DNA from: Felis catus
Lineage: Eukaryota
Assembly (NCBI RefSeq): GCF_018350175.1
Contig: NC_058368.1
Coordinates: 130,016,001-130,080,000, forward strand
Reading direction: 5' to 3'
Length of the DNA stretch: 64,000 nt
A program made the position numbers and the translations under genes. The notes beneath the pieces are model-generated. The model was not told the origin of the DNA and made no database searches. It saw only the letters and a list, made by a program, of their open reading frames with translations. Positions 1-12,495 of this stretch are shown here, one piece after another; position 1 is the first letter of the stretch, and each line of letters begins with the position of its first letter.

Positions 1-309
1 TTTGCCAGTGTGCATTTGGAAATTTTGGCAGTGTGGTATTAGACTTAGCGCTAAGTAAAGTCTTCGTGTTTATCCATGAAGAATATGGCCTCCTTTCGGA
101 GAATGCATTTTCAATAACTTAGGTAACATTCCAGTGAACATGAGACTATTTTCTTTCTTTTATTCCTCCTTTTTCCTTTTTATTAATAAATTATCAGTAA
201 TGCTAATTGTGTTTTTAGAAGGAACCTGTCTTTTGAGGGAGGGGAAATTAAAGAGCCTTTACAAAGAATCCTTCTGCGTAGCAAGTTCCTATTTTGAAGT
301 TTTGTGTTT

Positions 310-502
310 TTTTGTTTTGTTTTGTTTTAATTTTAGAGAGAGTGAGAGTAGTGGAGAGGGGCGGAGGAAGAGAGAATATCTCAAGTAGCCTCTACACTCA
401 GCACAGAGCCCCATGCGGGTCTCGTTCCCACAACTATGGGATCATGACCTGAGCCAAAAATCAAGAGTCAAGCACTCAACAGACTAAGCCACCCAGGCGC
501 CC
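310..502 (-). mobile_element. Can-SINE (SINEC, older felid/carnivore type)
   Basis: T-rich tail, (GA)n tract and tRNA-derived head ending ...agccacccaggcgccc. Confidence 0.9.
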
Positions 503-670
503 TGAAGATTTTGTTTTTAATTGTGACAATAACCTATACTCTTTTAAAAACCACAAAATTAATTATATGATATGAAATACCTTTCCCCAAGACAGCCTTT
601 TACTGACGTATTTCTTTCCAAACATTTGCATATATAAACATCTGTATATAGTTCATAAGTAAACACTACA

Positions 671-772
671 GGGGTGCCTGGCTGGCTCAGTCAGTGGATT
701 GCACAACTCTTGATCTTGGGGTTGTGAGTTCAAGCCCCATGTTGGGTGTGGAGATTACTTAAAAATAAAATC
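671..772 (+). mobile_element. Short Can-SINE (SINEC_old-like tRNA-derived monomer)
   Basis: ggggtgcctggctggctcagtcagtgg...gagttcaagcccc...gagattacttaaaaataaaatct. Confidence 0.85.
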
Positions 773-815
773 TTTTTTTTTTTTAAAGATTATGCTGCTT
801 GATTATTTAAAAAAA

Positions 816-1015
816 TATTTTTAATGTTTATTTTTGAGAGAGAGAGAGAGACAGAGCGTGAACAGGGGAGGAGCAGAGAGATAGGAGACATGGAATCAGA
901 AGCAGGCTCCGAGCTGGCAACATAGAGCCCGACATGAGGCTCAAACTCAAAAACTGTGAGATCATGACCTGAGCCGAGGTCGGACGCTCAACCGACTGAG
1001 CCACCCAGGCGCCCC
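816..1015 (-). mobile_element. Can-SINE (SINEC_Fc2-like)
   Basis: Full SINE structure; TSD ttgattattt at 799 and 1016. Confidence 0.92.
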
Positions 1016-1156
1016 TTGATTATTTTTAAATGTGGTAAATGCATGAGCCTGTTTCCATATGCATACATTTAGATTTGCATCATTTCTTTGAATAGTTCTA
1101 TTTGATCACATTCCATTGAATGGATCTCCATCATATGCATTTCTTGAGCAGCACTT

Positions 1157-1265
1157 TTTTTAATTTTCTTTATCAAGTTTTTAATTTAAATTCCAGTTAC
1201 CATACAGTGTAATACTAGTTTCAGGTATAAAATTAAGTGATTCATCGCTTGCATACAGTACCCAG
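1157..1265 (-). mobile_element. Heavily 5'-truncated carnivore L1 3' end with TSD
   Basis: Poly-T followed by caagtttttaatttaaattccagtt...catacagtgtaatactagtttcagg, typical of carnivore L1 3' ends. Perfect 16-bp TSD ttcttgagcagcactt at 1141-1156 and 1266-1281. Confidence 0.85.
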
Positions 1266-1379
1266 TTCTTGAGCAGCACTTCCAAAGGTAGTTTGCAAAC
1301 AACAAGGGGCTCAAGAGTATTCTTATTTCACAAGTGATATTATGTATCAATACTATGAGTGATGACAGTATTTGCCATT

Positions 1380-1870
1380 CTAAGATAGTATTTTTCTTGT
1401 CATCGTGTGGGCATTTGCACTGGTTGTGCAAAAACAACATTCCCCACCCAAAGGCAGGTATAACAGCTGGCCCTTGAGCATCAGTAAAGGCGATGGCAGC
1501 AAACTATGCTAGTAATCAGCCTCTTTTTTACTACCGTATACTCACATTTTGTTTTTTAAAGCCATTTTCATTGAGGAATGTTCTTGATGAAGTAGTACAA
1601 ATGACCAGTTTCATTACATCACCACTCTCAAGTATGCATTTTTAAATACTTTCTGTGTCACGAGGGGAATGTTCTCTGTGACATCGGTTGTCATGAGGAA
1701 AAGTCCTTTTGCAATAGAGTTGTGAGCTAAATCATCCGTCTTTGTCATGCAATACCGTTTGAACATTGAAGAATGGCTGACAGGGAAACATGGTGATTTA
1801 GACTTGGGTATTTGGCATACATTTTCTCAAAAGCCAGGCTCTCACTTTAAGGAAAAACTAAGAATTTAAA
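1380..1870 (+). mobile_element. Charlie1-like hAT DNA transposon fragment
   Basis: Degenerate transposase-like segments such as ttgatgaagtagtacaaatg and gacttgggtatttggcatacattttctcaaaa (LGYLA.IFSK-like). Confidence 0.65.
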
Positions 1871-2119
1871 AGTATGTGCCCATTGGTGGTATGAGTTATT
1901 CAATACCCTGGACAATATGCTAGAAAGCAGTAACTTGTTTTTTAATGTGCTTTTTCTAATTATGAGCAAGGCTGAGCATTTTCCAGATGTTTATAGTTCG
2001 TTTATATTCCTTTCTTACCTTCTTCACCCCAGTTTTTCTATTAGAAATTTTATTTGATTGTTCGTTTTTTGCTTTAAAGTAAGAGTTCTGTGATACATTG
2101 TATTTCCCAAGAATGGCCA

Positions 2120-2560
2120 TAATAGTATGTCCCATTCCACATGCTGTTTTGGCAGGGTGACTTGCCCGCTCTCTGGGTCTCTATTTCCTTTCCTTGAAGT
2201 TGGTCAGTCTTGCTGATGCTTTCTGCCCTCCGAGTCAAATCATAAGATCTATCTTCTGCCTTTTTCCCAAGAAACATTTGTTCTTGGAACCCAGGTACCC
2301 AGTGTCCACAAAGAGAATGTGAGTCTTGTTTTACGCAGCTGAGGTCCCAGACAACAGTGAACATTAACTGCTAGGCACACAAATGAGTAACGCTATAGAT
2401 GATTCCCCAGGAGAGTGTCAGTCCCCTCCAGCCTTCAAGTCTTCTCAAGTGAAGCCCATAGATCGTGGAGAAGAGACCATCTGTCCTTACTCTTCTCCAC
2501 AGAATTCCTCAAAATTTAAAAATTAGTTGTTGTTTTATGCCACCTAGTTTGGAGTATCAT
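2120..2560 (+). mobile_element. MLT1-family (MaLR) LTR relic
   Basis: Resembles old MLT1: cccattccacatgctg..., tcttggaacccaggtaccc..., gttgttgttttatgccacctagtttggagt. Confidence 0.65.
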
Positions 2561-4171
2561 CAGAAACCTGAAGAAGCTCGTTAGAGATGCAGAAATCAGC
2601 CCTTCATTCTTCATCCGTGTTTCATTCAGTTTGGTTTTTGCTTTTTGTTTTTTAAACCAGGAGCAGAATTAAACTGATGAGCTTGTTGTTGCAGGGTTGA
2701 GTGCACACTTGGTGGCACCATGAGTTGGGTCTCAGTGGGTAAATCATGGAGGGGTTTTATCAGATTGAGAGTGCTGGAGTTAGTCTTAGAATGGTCTTGT
2801 CAGGGATTGGTCAGAATTTGCAAACCATTCGTGTTACGGGGACAGTCAGTGGTCTTAATTTTAAGTCCTTAAGTCCCAACTGACCGTCAGGTCAGTTCCT
2901 CACTTGTCTTCGCTTGGAATGCATGGACCTAAATGAGCGGTCTTAAAAGACTGAGCAAGATAAACATTGCTTATCTTGCGTATCATGGTTTAGGGTAGTT
3001 TTTCTGTTTTCTGAGTCCTGGTAAAGTTCTGCACATTGTGGTCTCTCCTGCATTTCACAGATATTCCCTTAGAGCTATCAGGGGGCTTCTCACTCCCACG
3101 CGTACCCCCACAGCTACTTCATCAGACTCATTTTTGGAAAGATGAGCTGTTAGCTTTTGGGCGTAAACAGTGTAGATTCGCACTGCCCTTTGAGAGGGCT
3201 TCATTGTGTGAGTGAGTTTTCAGTGGTGGTAGTTGTCATCTTCTTTAATCGTCAGCAGTTTGTTTACTTTTGACTTTGTTTTCTCACTTTGCTTTTGTTT
3301 TATCTGGTTTTATGGAAACGCTACCCCACGCTCAAGAACATCGTTTCTCATGTTTTTATTTCGTGTTATTGATTTCATTTAAATCTTTAATCCAAGTGGA
3401 AATGTTTTTGATAAAGGAGTGGAGGAGAGTGTCCATTGTTCTTCGATGCAGCTCTCCTGTGCCACAAAACTAATCAAAAGCATATCTTTTTGCTGCTGTT
3501 TTGAAATACCACCTTTGTCAGATACTACAATGCCAGATTTGCCTAGATTTATTTCAGAAATCCAAATTTGTAGTCCCTTGACCTTACTATTTTAATTACT
3601 CCAGTTTAACAGTGTATTTTTTACACATTAATGATGTTTCTGAAGTTATTTTACTTGGAAATATATCATTATATAATTTTTAAAATAACCTGAACACTTT
3701 TATTAAAGAATTGTTTAAAAATCTCAATTGAAAATGGGAGTTAATGCTAATTAGAAAACACCAAAAACCATATTGTTTGAAAGTCAGAGACTTAAGACTT
3801 TGGCTGTTTTAATGCTAAGAATTGCAGGTTTATTTTCCTTCTAGGATATTTTGTAGATCAATCTCATAATACTCCATCGTGTTCTTTCAAGCATGCATTG
3901 AAAACAATTGCTTCTTTGTGGTCTCAGCCTAACTGAAATAAAAGACATACCTTGTATCAAAAGCTGGGGTGTATTACCGTGATTCAGGGTCAAATGAAGA
4001 AAATCAAAGAACGTGTCTATTTCCATTAATTTAAAACTATCTAAAAATAGTTTAATTCTCCTGTATATAGTGATATGTTCAAAAATGAAACATTACTTCT
4101 GCTGAAAGGGGATTTATTAAACTAAGGAATTTACTTATTAAATGGTTTGGATGTCACTATATCCTAGCCAA

Positions 4172-4368
4172 TTTTTTTTTTCCAGTTTTATTTATTTTGA
4201 GAGAGAGAGAAAGAAAGAGCACAACCTTGGGGGGGAGGGTGAAAGCGAGGGAGAGCGAGAGAATCCCAAACAGACTTCTTTCTCCACACTGTCAGCGCAG
4301 AACCCAACACTGGGCTCGATCTCAAGAACTGTGGGATCGTGACCTGAGCTGAGCAACCCAGGCGCCCC
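4172..4368 (-). mobile_element. Can-SINE
   Basis: T tail, GA tract, head ending ggcgcccc; TSD tcctagcca on both sides. Confidence 0.9.
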
Positions 4369-4803
4369 TCTCCTAGCCACTGTCATTCATTTTTACATGA
4401 ACCCAAGCAAGGTGAAATGATCTGTGACAGACCTTAATACTGCTTTTGCACAAATCAGTTGATACTTATTTTGTATCTCACATATGATAGTCTATGTGAA
4501 TATCATATGAATAAGTCATCCAATTTTTCTTGGATTGTCCCCTTGAAATAAAACACTTTAAAGTAAAACAAATAGAAAGGGAGAAGGCTTTTGTTATAGA
4601 AACTATTTAAGTATTGAGACTTTCTTTCAACTTAAAGCTGAATTAATTTCTTCCCCACCACTTTTTTTCTGACCTGGAAGAAACTGCAATGCAGAGACTA
4701 GTGAGTTTCTTTATTAACCCATTACAGTGAAAATTACTTTATGTCCTTGTGCGAGTTACACAGTTACATTTGCTTCTAATGCAAACGTGGGTCCTTGTAG
4801 AAT

Positions 4804-4963
4804 AGTGATTCTCAAGTGATTGTTATTTTATTCCCCCCCACCCCCCAGGAGACTTACAGCATTGTCTAAAGATATATTTTATTGTCACAAGGCTGAGAAG
4901 TACTACTGTAATTTAGTGGGTGGGAGCCAAGAATGCTGCTAAGCATCCTACAGTACTCAGAAC
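4804..4963. mobile_element. MER20-like hAT MITE fragment
   Basis: gtgattctcaa...ccccaggagac...attgtcacaa...tagtgggtgggagccaagaatgctgctaagcatcctaca. Confidence 0.7.
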
Positions 4964-5092
4964 TGAGTAATAATTCATTTTATTCCACTGAACATTGGGT
5001 AGTTGGAGGAGTGTCTCTTCAGAAACATTGATGTAGTTGCCTACCGTGTACCAAATAGCGGCCAAGTTGTATAGGGCCCGATATGCCAGATA

Positions 5093-5455
5093 AGTGTGGT
5101 GGGAACTATAATCCCTTTCATCCCCCAAAGAATTCCACGTCCTAATCCCTAGGTCCTGCGAATAGGTTACATCCCCCTATGGATATGTTTGGTTACGCTG
5201 CAAAGTAGAATTAAGGTTGCTCATCAGGTGATTGTAAAGGAGATTATCTAGGTAGTGCTGTTGCTTTGAAAACAGAGGAAGACAGCCCCTAGAAGCTGGA
5301 AAAAGCAAAATAACAGATTCTCCCCTAGCCTTCGGGAAGGAAAGCTGCCCTGCTGACGCACCTTGATTTTAGCCCTGTGAGATTGTTCTGGACTCCTCAT
5401 GTATAGAACTATAAAATAATAAATGTGTGGTAGTTAGGGCAACCATAGAAAGCTA
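5093..5455 (+). mobile_element. MLT1D/C-like MaLR LTR
   Basis: tgtggtgg...ccacgtcctaatccct...agaagctggaaaaagcaa...gattctcccctag...ccttgattttagccc...aataaatgtgtg. Confidence 0.8.
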
Positions 5456-5865
5456 GGAATTTGGATTTTGTTTGGTAGGAATAGGCAGCCATCAGAAAGT
5501 TGTCACCAAAGCAAAACCGTAGTAAGACATCACCTGTCAGGGTGGCTAGAATAGAAAGACAAGAAATGACAAGTGCTGGTGAGCATGCATAGCCACACTG
5601 ATATGGTGGGAAAGAGGCAAGCTTTCAGTGTTGCTGGGCTTGCTGCTACTTAAGAGAATTTTATAGCATTTTCCATTTCCAGGATCTTAGCCCCTTCCCT
5701 ATTCACTTCACTACAAATTAACTGCTTCTACTCAGTGATTACTGATGCTATTTGATATGTCCACATGTCCAGCTAGCTTTCCTTAAACCTGAGTAACTGA
5801 GAGAAGTATCTTCTGTTTCTTGTCTGTCCTCTTTTCCTCTCCACACATTCTCCCTTTATCTCCCC

Positions 5866-5993
<128 letters not shown>

Positions 5994-7099
5994 CTACCCC
6001 ATTCCAAAAAGCAGTTGATGCAGCAGCCCTTTTACCATTTAATATAAAAAATAGTGTTACACCACTAATTTTCATCTTACCTTAACCTCCCCCTTTCATT
6101 GCATTTAGCATTACAAGGACCATGATTTATTTTATCTTTGAATCCCTGCACTTAGAATGGTACAAAATGGGTTCTCACTAACTTTTTGTCAAATTAGATG
6201 TTAGTGGTAGCAAATTTCTTAAATCCTTAGGTCAGCAGTTAACATGAGCTATCTACTGGAGATTTGGGTGACCTTCGTTCAGGAAAGATCTGGCATTTGG
6301 TTACCTCCATGTTAACTCACTGCTTTGTAATTGGTTCTAAAGCTCTACGTGTACTTATTTCACTATGGATGTATTCCTTGAACAAAAACCAAAGGTCACC
6401 CTCAGAGATTGGTACATGTTCATTTATAGTTCTAAATCTCACGGGTGTTGGAGATGTTCTGATTGTCGTAATTTCATTTTTTGTGATCTAAACGTTAATA
6501 GGTTTAGTTCTCTGAGATTTAAGTAAACTGTACTGGTGAAAGTGGGGCAGATATTTTGAAATGCTTGAATTGTGGTGTTTTCTAATTATTTTTCAGTGTG
6601 TTACATCTTTGTTTGTGCAACGGTGGTGTTTTGTTGAGTTTTCCATTTGGCTTTTATGTATCACTCAGTAGTACAGGCACCGGCTGTGAGTTCCTTGTTT
6701 TGCACCAGGCTTCCTTCCACAAATAAATACACAACATAGTTTATTTAAATCATGCATGAAATCATTTCAAGTACCCTAGTCAATTTAGGCTAAATAGCCA
6801 TAGAGAACAGTATTTCCCTTTCCAGAACTAGTGGGTTAATGCAGGTCTTAAAATACTGCAATTTCTTGAATGATTTTGCTATATCAGCAGATGGTCATGA
6901 TGGAAAGTTTTGTTCCCTCATTCATTCCCATCATATTCTGTCATTTTTATAAATTATTGATGGTTTACAATTTGATGAAGTGATCACCCAGTTTTTGAAA
7001 TAGATTGAGAGCACTGACTCGTTATTAAACTTTATTGCCTTTACAGGTTCCCTCTTAGCATTTCTTATTTATAGCACTTAACTTTTTAACCTTTCATTT

Positions 7100-7337
7100 T
7101 TTTTTATTATTTATTTATTTATTTATTTTTTTCAACGTTTATTTATTTTTGGGACAGAGAGAGACAGAGCATGAACGGGGGAGGGGCAGAGAGAGAGAGG
7201 GAGACACAGAATCGGAAACAGGCTCCAGGCTCCGAGCCATCAGCCCAGAGCCCGACGCGGGGCTCGAACTCACGGAGCGCGAGATCGTGACCTGGCTGAA
7301 GTCGGACGCTTAACCGACTGCGCCACCCAGGCGCCCC
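7100..7337 (-). mobile_element. Young Can-SINE (SINEC_Fc)
   Basis: Near-consensus and CpG-rich; TSD taacctttcattt at 7087 and 7338. Confidence 0.95.
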
Positions 7338-8784
7338 TAACCTTTCATTTGATAGCTTGATCTTGTGAAGCATTTTATCAAAAGACTTGAGATTCTCCTA
7401 AGATGTGTTCAGTGATCTCACTTCTTGGAACCAAATAGGCAGTTGGAACAATAAGGAGACATAAGGAAGCAGGTGTGTCCTGTGTTAGGTTGGCTTACAC
7501 TTGTGATGTTCGCATCTCTCAATACCTTTAATAACAGTGTAGGCAAAAATAAGTGATACTCAGAAAACTTAATCCAAGGTGACATTTAAATTGTTAACTA
7601 GAAATCTCATCTGGTTTTTCCTATTTCTCTTTGTCCTCTTTCCATTTTCTGTATCACCTGGAAACTACATATAATTGGCTCAATGTATTATGGAATATGT
7701 TTGGTTTTATAGTCTGTTGTCTCACAGAATGGGCAAACATGAGTATTGATGACATTTCTGAAAAGGAAGTAGAATCAAAGGCAGTGCTGAGCACTAACAC
7801 ATTTAGATATGTCTAGGAGGCTGCTGTTTCCTAATTGAGGAATACTGATCACACACCCCTAAACATTCTGTTACACTTTGTTATACAATCATTTTTACTT
7901 TGATGATAACATGAACGGAAGGAGGACATGTTTCTATTTATTTATTATTTATTTCTATTGTTTCTATAGAATTTATTATTAATTTAGTTATATATTAGAA
8001 TTGATCTTTTTTAATGTTAGAGATAAGTCCATGAAGATAGTCCTTAATTTATTGCTATGATTGGTTTACAGGAGAAATGCTTTTATAAAACAGGTAAAGG
8101 TTCATTTCAAAAGGCAGCATATTTTTATAGGATTCTAAAAACACACCTATGGTCATAACTTTTTTATTGGTGCAAAACTTATTCTCCTACACATTACCAT
8201 TTTGTGGTATCTTATCATCCCTCTGGCCTTCTGAGTAAACTGGTGGTAAGGGTAGCCAGTGGTGGTCTTGTGATCTCTAGGTTTAGTTGAACCTAAGATG
8301 GTCTCCTACTGGGTATATAATGACAGAACTGAACAATACTACCAGTAAGCTTAATTTAGTTCCTGTAAATAAAAATTCTATCCTATAAATAGAATATGCC
8401 TTTTTAAAATGTTCGTGAAATATGAATAAAGAGGAGGTATGTGGGGGGGGGGTGAACATAAATATAAAATATTAGGTAAAAAGTCACGTATAACTTCAGG
8501 GATTATGCATGCACTTCCTGGCTAGTCAGTGGAAAATCTTGTCAGAATTGACAAGTTTTTCATAAATTATAATTGCCAAAAAAATTAACAATTAAAAATC
8601 ATGGAAGAAAAGTTTTAAATGGATTCCCCATTTTTCTAAAAACAAGCAAAAAATTTTCCATTAACAGTGTTTCTTATTTGCTCATTTTCTAAATGGTTTT
8701 ACTGGAATGTACTATTAATGAAAAAAAATGTGTAGTTTAATGCATTTAATATTGCTAATGACATCCTTTCATCAGCAGCTTGTC

Positions 8785-8838
8785 TTCTCTCTCTCTCCTC
8801 TCCTCTCCTCTCCTCTCCTCTCCTCTCCTCTCCTCTCC
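8785..8838. repeat. (CTCCT)n pentanucleotide repeat
   Basis: Directly visible. Confidence 0.95.
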
Positions 8839-9112
8839 CCTTTTTCCTTTTTCTTTCTCCCCATTTTTCCTTCAGTCCTTTTTTTCTTATTTTTTGGGCT
8901 ATCACATTTTAAAGAAAAGATAGAACTTAGAAAACTGTGGGAACTGTCAGGAAATAATAAACAGAAAAAAGAAAAGAGTAAGTTTTTGTATTTATGAAGA
9001 TAGATGCAGAGAAGTAAGTTACCATTAGCAAATTTAACCCAGCATTAAATTCACCATTTATTCCTGTAAAAACTCTGAATTAGGAATAGAGTAATAGGAC
9101 TCTTTAAAAACA

Positions 9113-9280
9113 ATTGTTTAATGTTTATTTATTTTGAGAAAGAGCAAAAGAGAGCAAGTGGAAGGGCAGAGAGAGGGAGAGAGAGAATCCCAAGCAGGCC
9201 CGAACTCCCAAAACGTGAGATCATGACCTGAGCCAAACCAAGAGTCGAATGCTTAATGGACTGAGCCACCCAGGGATCCC
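9113..9280 (-). mobile_element. Can-SINE with internal deletion
   Basis: SINE tail and head are present; the segment between caagcaggc and cgaactc is missing. Confidence 0.85.
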
Positions 9281-10319
9281 TAAAAAAAATATGACTTTAA
9301 CGTGATGTTTTAAATGACTGTTTGAAGCTAAGCACAAACATACCACTGTTGAGAATGATCTAAATGAGAGTGTCACCTTCTAGAACAGACCCCTGGAATC
9401 TCAATATGATAGTTTTTTTTTTTTTTTTCTTCTCCTCAGGGAAAGTACAAAAAGAAGATTATGAGTGGGTGTGTAATTCACAGAGTCATTCAGGGATGAC
9501 CCAGATATATTGATGATTCTTCTGTCTAGTTGGAGAGAAAAAGAATGGGTTATGACACATCTTTTTTGTTCACATTCTGTTGACTGGGAGTTGTGGTCTA
9601 TCTGGGTACCTAGGAAGCAAGATAAAAATTTTTGGTGATAGTCTGTCACATAGAATTTTTAGCCAATGTAGTGAGAAGAACAAGCAAGGGTGTATTTGAG
9701 TGAGTGTAGGTATTAAGTATTGGCAAAGAAAAAGCAAGTCATTAGTCATTTAAATGAATGTTTATGCCAGAAAAGTCCAGGAAAATCAACAAACCAGCTA
9801 TGAAGAGTTTAACAAGGTAACCAATTAAATGATAAACATGTAAATGTATGTTGCTGTTACTAGCAAACCAGTTAGGAAAAGCAGGCAAAGTCCAAATCCT
9901 TATAGTGTGGATTTTATATGCCGTGTGATTTGGGGAATCCTTTGGAATTCTAGAGTCAAAAGTAAGGCGCAAAAGAGCATTAAACTTTTGGATGGTGAAG
10001 GAGTCAGACAGTTAAAAAAAAAAAAAAAAGGATCCTGACATTCTCTGTTTTGCATACGCTAAAGCAAAAGGAACCCAAAAATGTCTCATTGAAACCAAAG
10101 GAGAAAGAAAGCCCTGAAGAGCATGTAGAAGTAGGTGGTGGTCTATGGGAATCAAGTCTGTAGGGCTTGGAAGTACCAGTCGAAGAGTTTTTCAGTGTCA
10201 TGTATTTTATTGAGTCTTACTTACATTTATTTTAATGAATGTGAAGATATCTATAGAGATTTTTGTTGGGTTTACTTGAAATCTTAGTCCTTAAAACCAT
10301 TTTTTCCAAATTTTTCTTT

Positions 10320-10715
10320 AGCACTCTTCCTCACTCAAATATGTATCAGATTCTTATGAGCTTTTAATTTTTTTTTTCAACATTTATTTATTTTGGGGAC
10401 AGAGAGAGACAGAGCATGAACGGGGGAGGGGCAGAGAGAGAGGGAGACACAGAATCGGAAACAGGCTCCAGGCTCTGAGCCATCAGCCCAGAGCCCGACG
10501 CGGGGCTCGAAATCGTGGACTGCGAGATCGTGACCTGGCTGAAGTCGGACGCTTAACCGACTGCGCCACCCAGGCACCCCCCTTATGAGCTTTTAAAAAT
10601 TCGAGTGCCTGAAACCAGTTACATTAGAATCTCTAGAAGTGGGACTTAGACATCAGCATTTTTTAATATTCTACAAATGGTTCCCAGTATGCTGCTAAGG
10701 GTGAAGAACACTCTG
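10320..10715. mobile_element. MER5-like hAT MITE split by a SINE
   Basis: tcagattc...[SINE]...tagaatctctagaagtgggacttagacatcagcattttttaa...ctaagggtgaagaacact. Confidence 0.55.
10368..10580 (-). mobile_element. Young Can-SINE (SINEC_Fc)
   Basis: Near-consensus; TSD cttatgagcttttaa at 10353 and 10582. Confidence 0.95.
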
Positions 10716-10802
10716 TAAACATATTTAGTTATATTGCTGTGAGTTTCCTTTTCTCTTTAGAATTTCTTATTTTGAGTTTTAAATGAAACAATCTTATGTA
10801 AA

Positions 10803-11012
10803 GGGGCACCTGGCTGGCTTAGTCATTTAAGGATCCAACTCTTGATTTTGGCTGAGGTCATGATCTCAGGCTTCATGGGGTCGAGCCCCGCATTGGGGGA
10901 TGAAAGTGCAGAGCCTACTTCAGATTCTCTCTCTCTCCCTCTCTCTCTCTTTGCCCCTCCCCCGCTTGCACACATACTTTCTCTTTCTCTCAACATAAGC
11001 TAACAAAAAAAA
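10803..11012 (+). mobile_element. Can-SINE (older)
   Basis: ggggcacctggctggct... head, (CT)n tract, A tail. Confidence 0.9.
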
Positions 11013-12495
11013 TGTACATAAAAGGTTTAGTCTGTGCCTAGTACATGTCCTGTTTGCAGTTGGAGTTTAGTAAATGTAGATAGAATATTTTGATTGCTGT
11101 TTAATCACTCTGATGAGGAACATTCCCTATGGAAACAAATGTGAAGAAATAAGATGTTCTGTTGCTCATATCTGGGCTTGGCATATTTACTTTGGCTCAT
11201 TGATTAAATTGTGTGTTTTGCTCACGCTTACTTTGTAGATTTAAAGCACCTTGGAAGGCATAACCAAAATAAGACTGAAACTAGAGTAAAAATACCCAAT
11301 TAGTAATGGTCTGGGACTGATGGAGAGAAAAAATAATTATATCAGAAAACCTCGGTAATAAGCTAATTGCTAAATTGCAATTGCATTTTTGTCCCTGAGA
11401 CATGTATGTATGCATTGTTACTTTTATCTCATGATGTCTGGGTTTCAGTCGTTCTAGACATAGCAATGTAAAATAGATCCTTTATTTACAGGTTCGTCAA
11501 ATAGAAATTGTAGTCTAAATTCCTCGATGGACAGCTACAGCAGGGATGATAAAATCTCACTGCCTTGGAATTTGGATTGCACACTGGGTTTAATTAGTGA
11601 CTGAATTTGCATTGTTGAGCCTTATTGATGAGGTGGGCTCTGGTTGGCATCTACAGAACTCAAACTCCTTGGTAAGCCACTGGTTAGGAGAGTTTATATC
11701 CAACAGATTCTAAAAATTTAGATGTAGATGTATTTCAGAAATTGTCAATTCCCTATATGAAACAGAGGTCAAAGAAGGGAATTTCAAACCAAAGATATTT
11801 CAGTCGAACTAAGAACATTTGAAGACCACAGGGTTAAATACATTGTCATAGGCAAATTTTCCTTTAAGATTTTTGGTCTGTTGCGTTGCTAGGGTGGTTA
11901 TACATAATCTACCAGGTTTCATGGAAAGTATATCACTGTTCTTACAAAAATCTTCTGTAATTTTCTAGGGTAGGAAACTTTTTCTCTCCAGCAAAATTCC
12001 AACCGAAATAACTTTACAGTAAATAATTTCCAAAAAATTATCGTGGGTCTATGGAGGCTTATAAACTGAACAATAATATGAAAGGCCACATGACCTAAGA
12101 AAAAGAAAGGATTCAGCTGTCAAATTCCTGCTGGGTGAAACTGCTGATTAATGCAGTGAAATGTTTTTTCGTTTTAAGGAATCAAAATCTCAAAGAATAA
12201 GAAATGGACATTCTGGTAAGTGGCACCACAGGAGCTAAAATCTTGTACCAACTCTAAAGACTAACCACCTTATGGTTTGAAGCAAACGTCAGAAAGCTAT
12301 AATTACCAACAGAGGAATCTGATACACAATTCATCCAGAACCATTCTTTCTTAAAGTAATAATTTCAAAGTCAAGGAATACCAAACTACTTGCTTATTAA
12401 AATCCAATGTATGGACTTTTGAAGTGAGTCAGAATATTAGCACTTAATTTATTTGGCATTGTCTTGGAGTCAGGAATTCTGGGTAACTATCTTCT

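Noticed and set aside
671..772. tRNA-like sequence with A and B boxes
   Set aside because: tRNA-derived SINE head with an A-rich tail, not a tRNA gene.
7143..7373. Recurring ORFs such as 'GAPGWRSRLSVRLQPGHDL...' and 'MAQSVKRPTSAQVMIS...'
   Set aside because: Translations of Can-SINEs, not a protein family.
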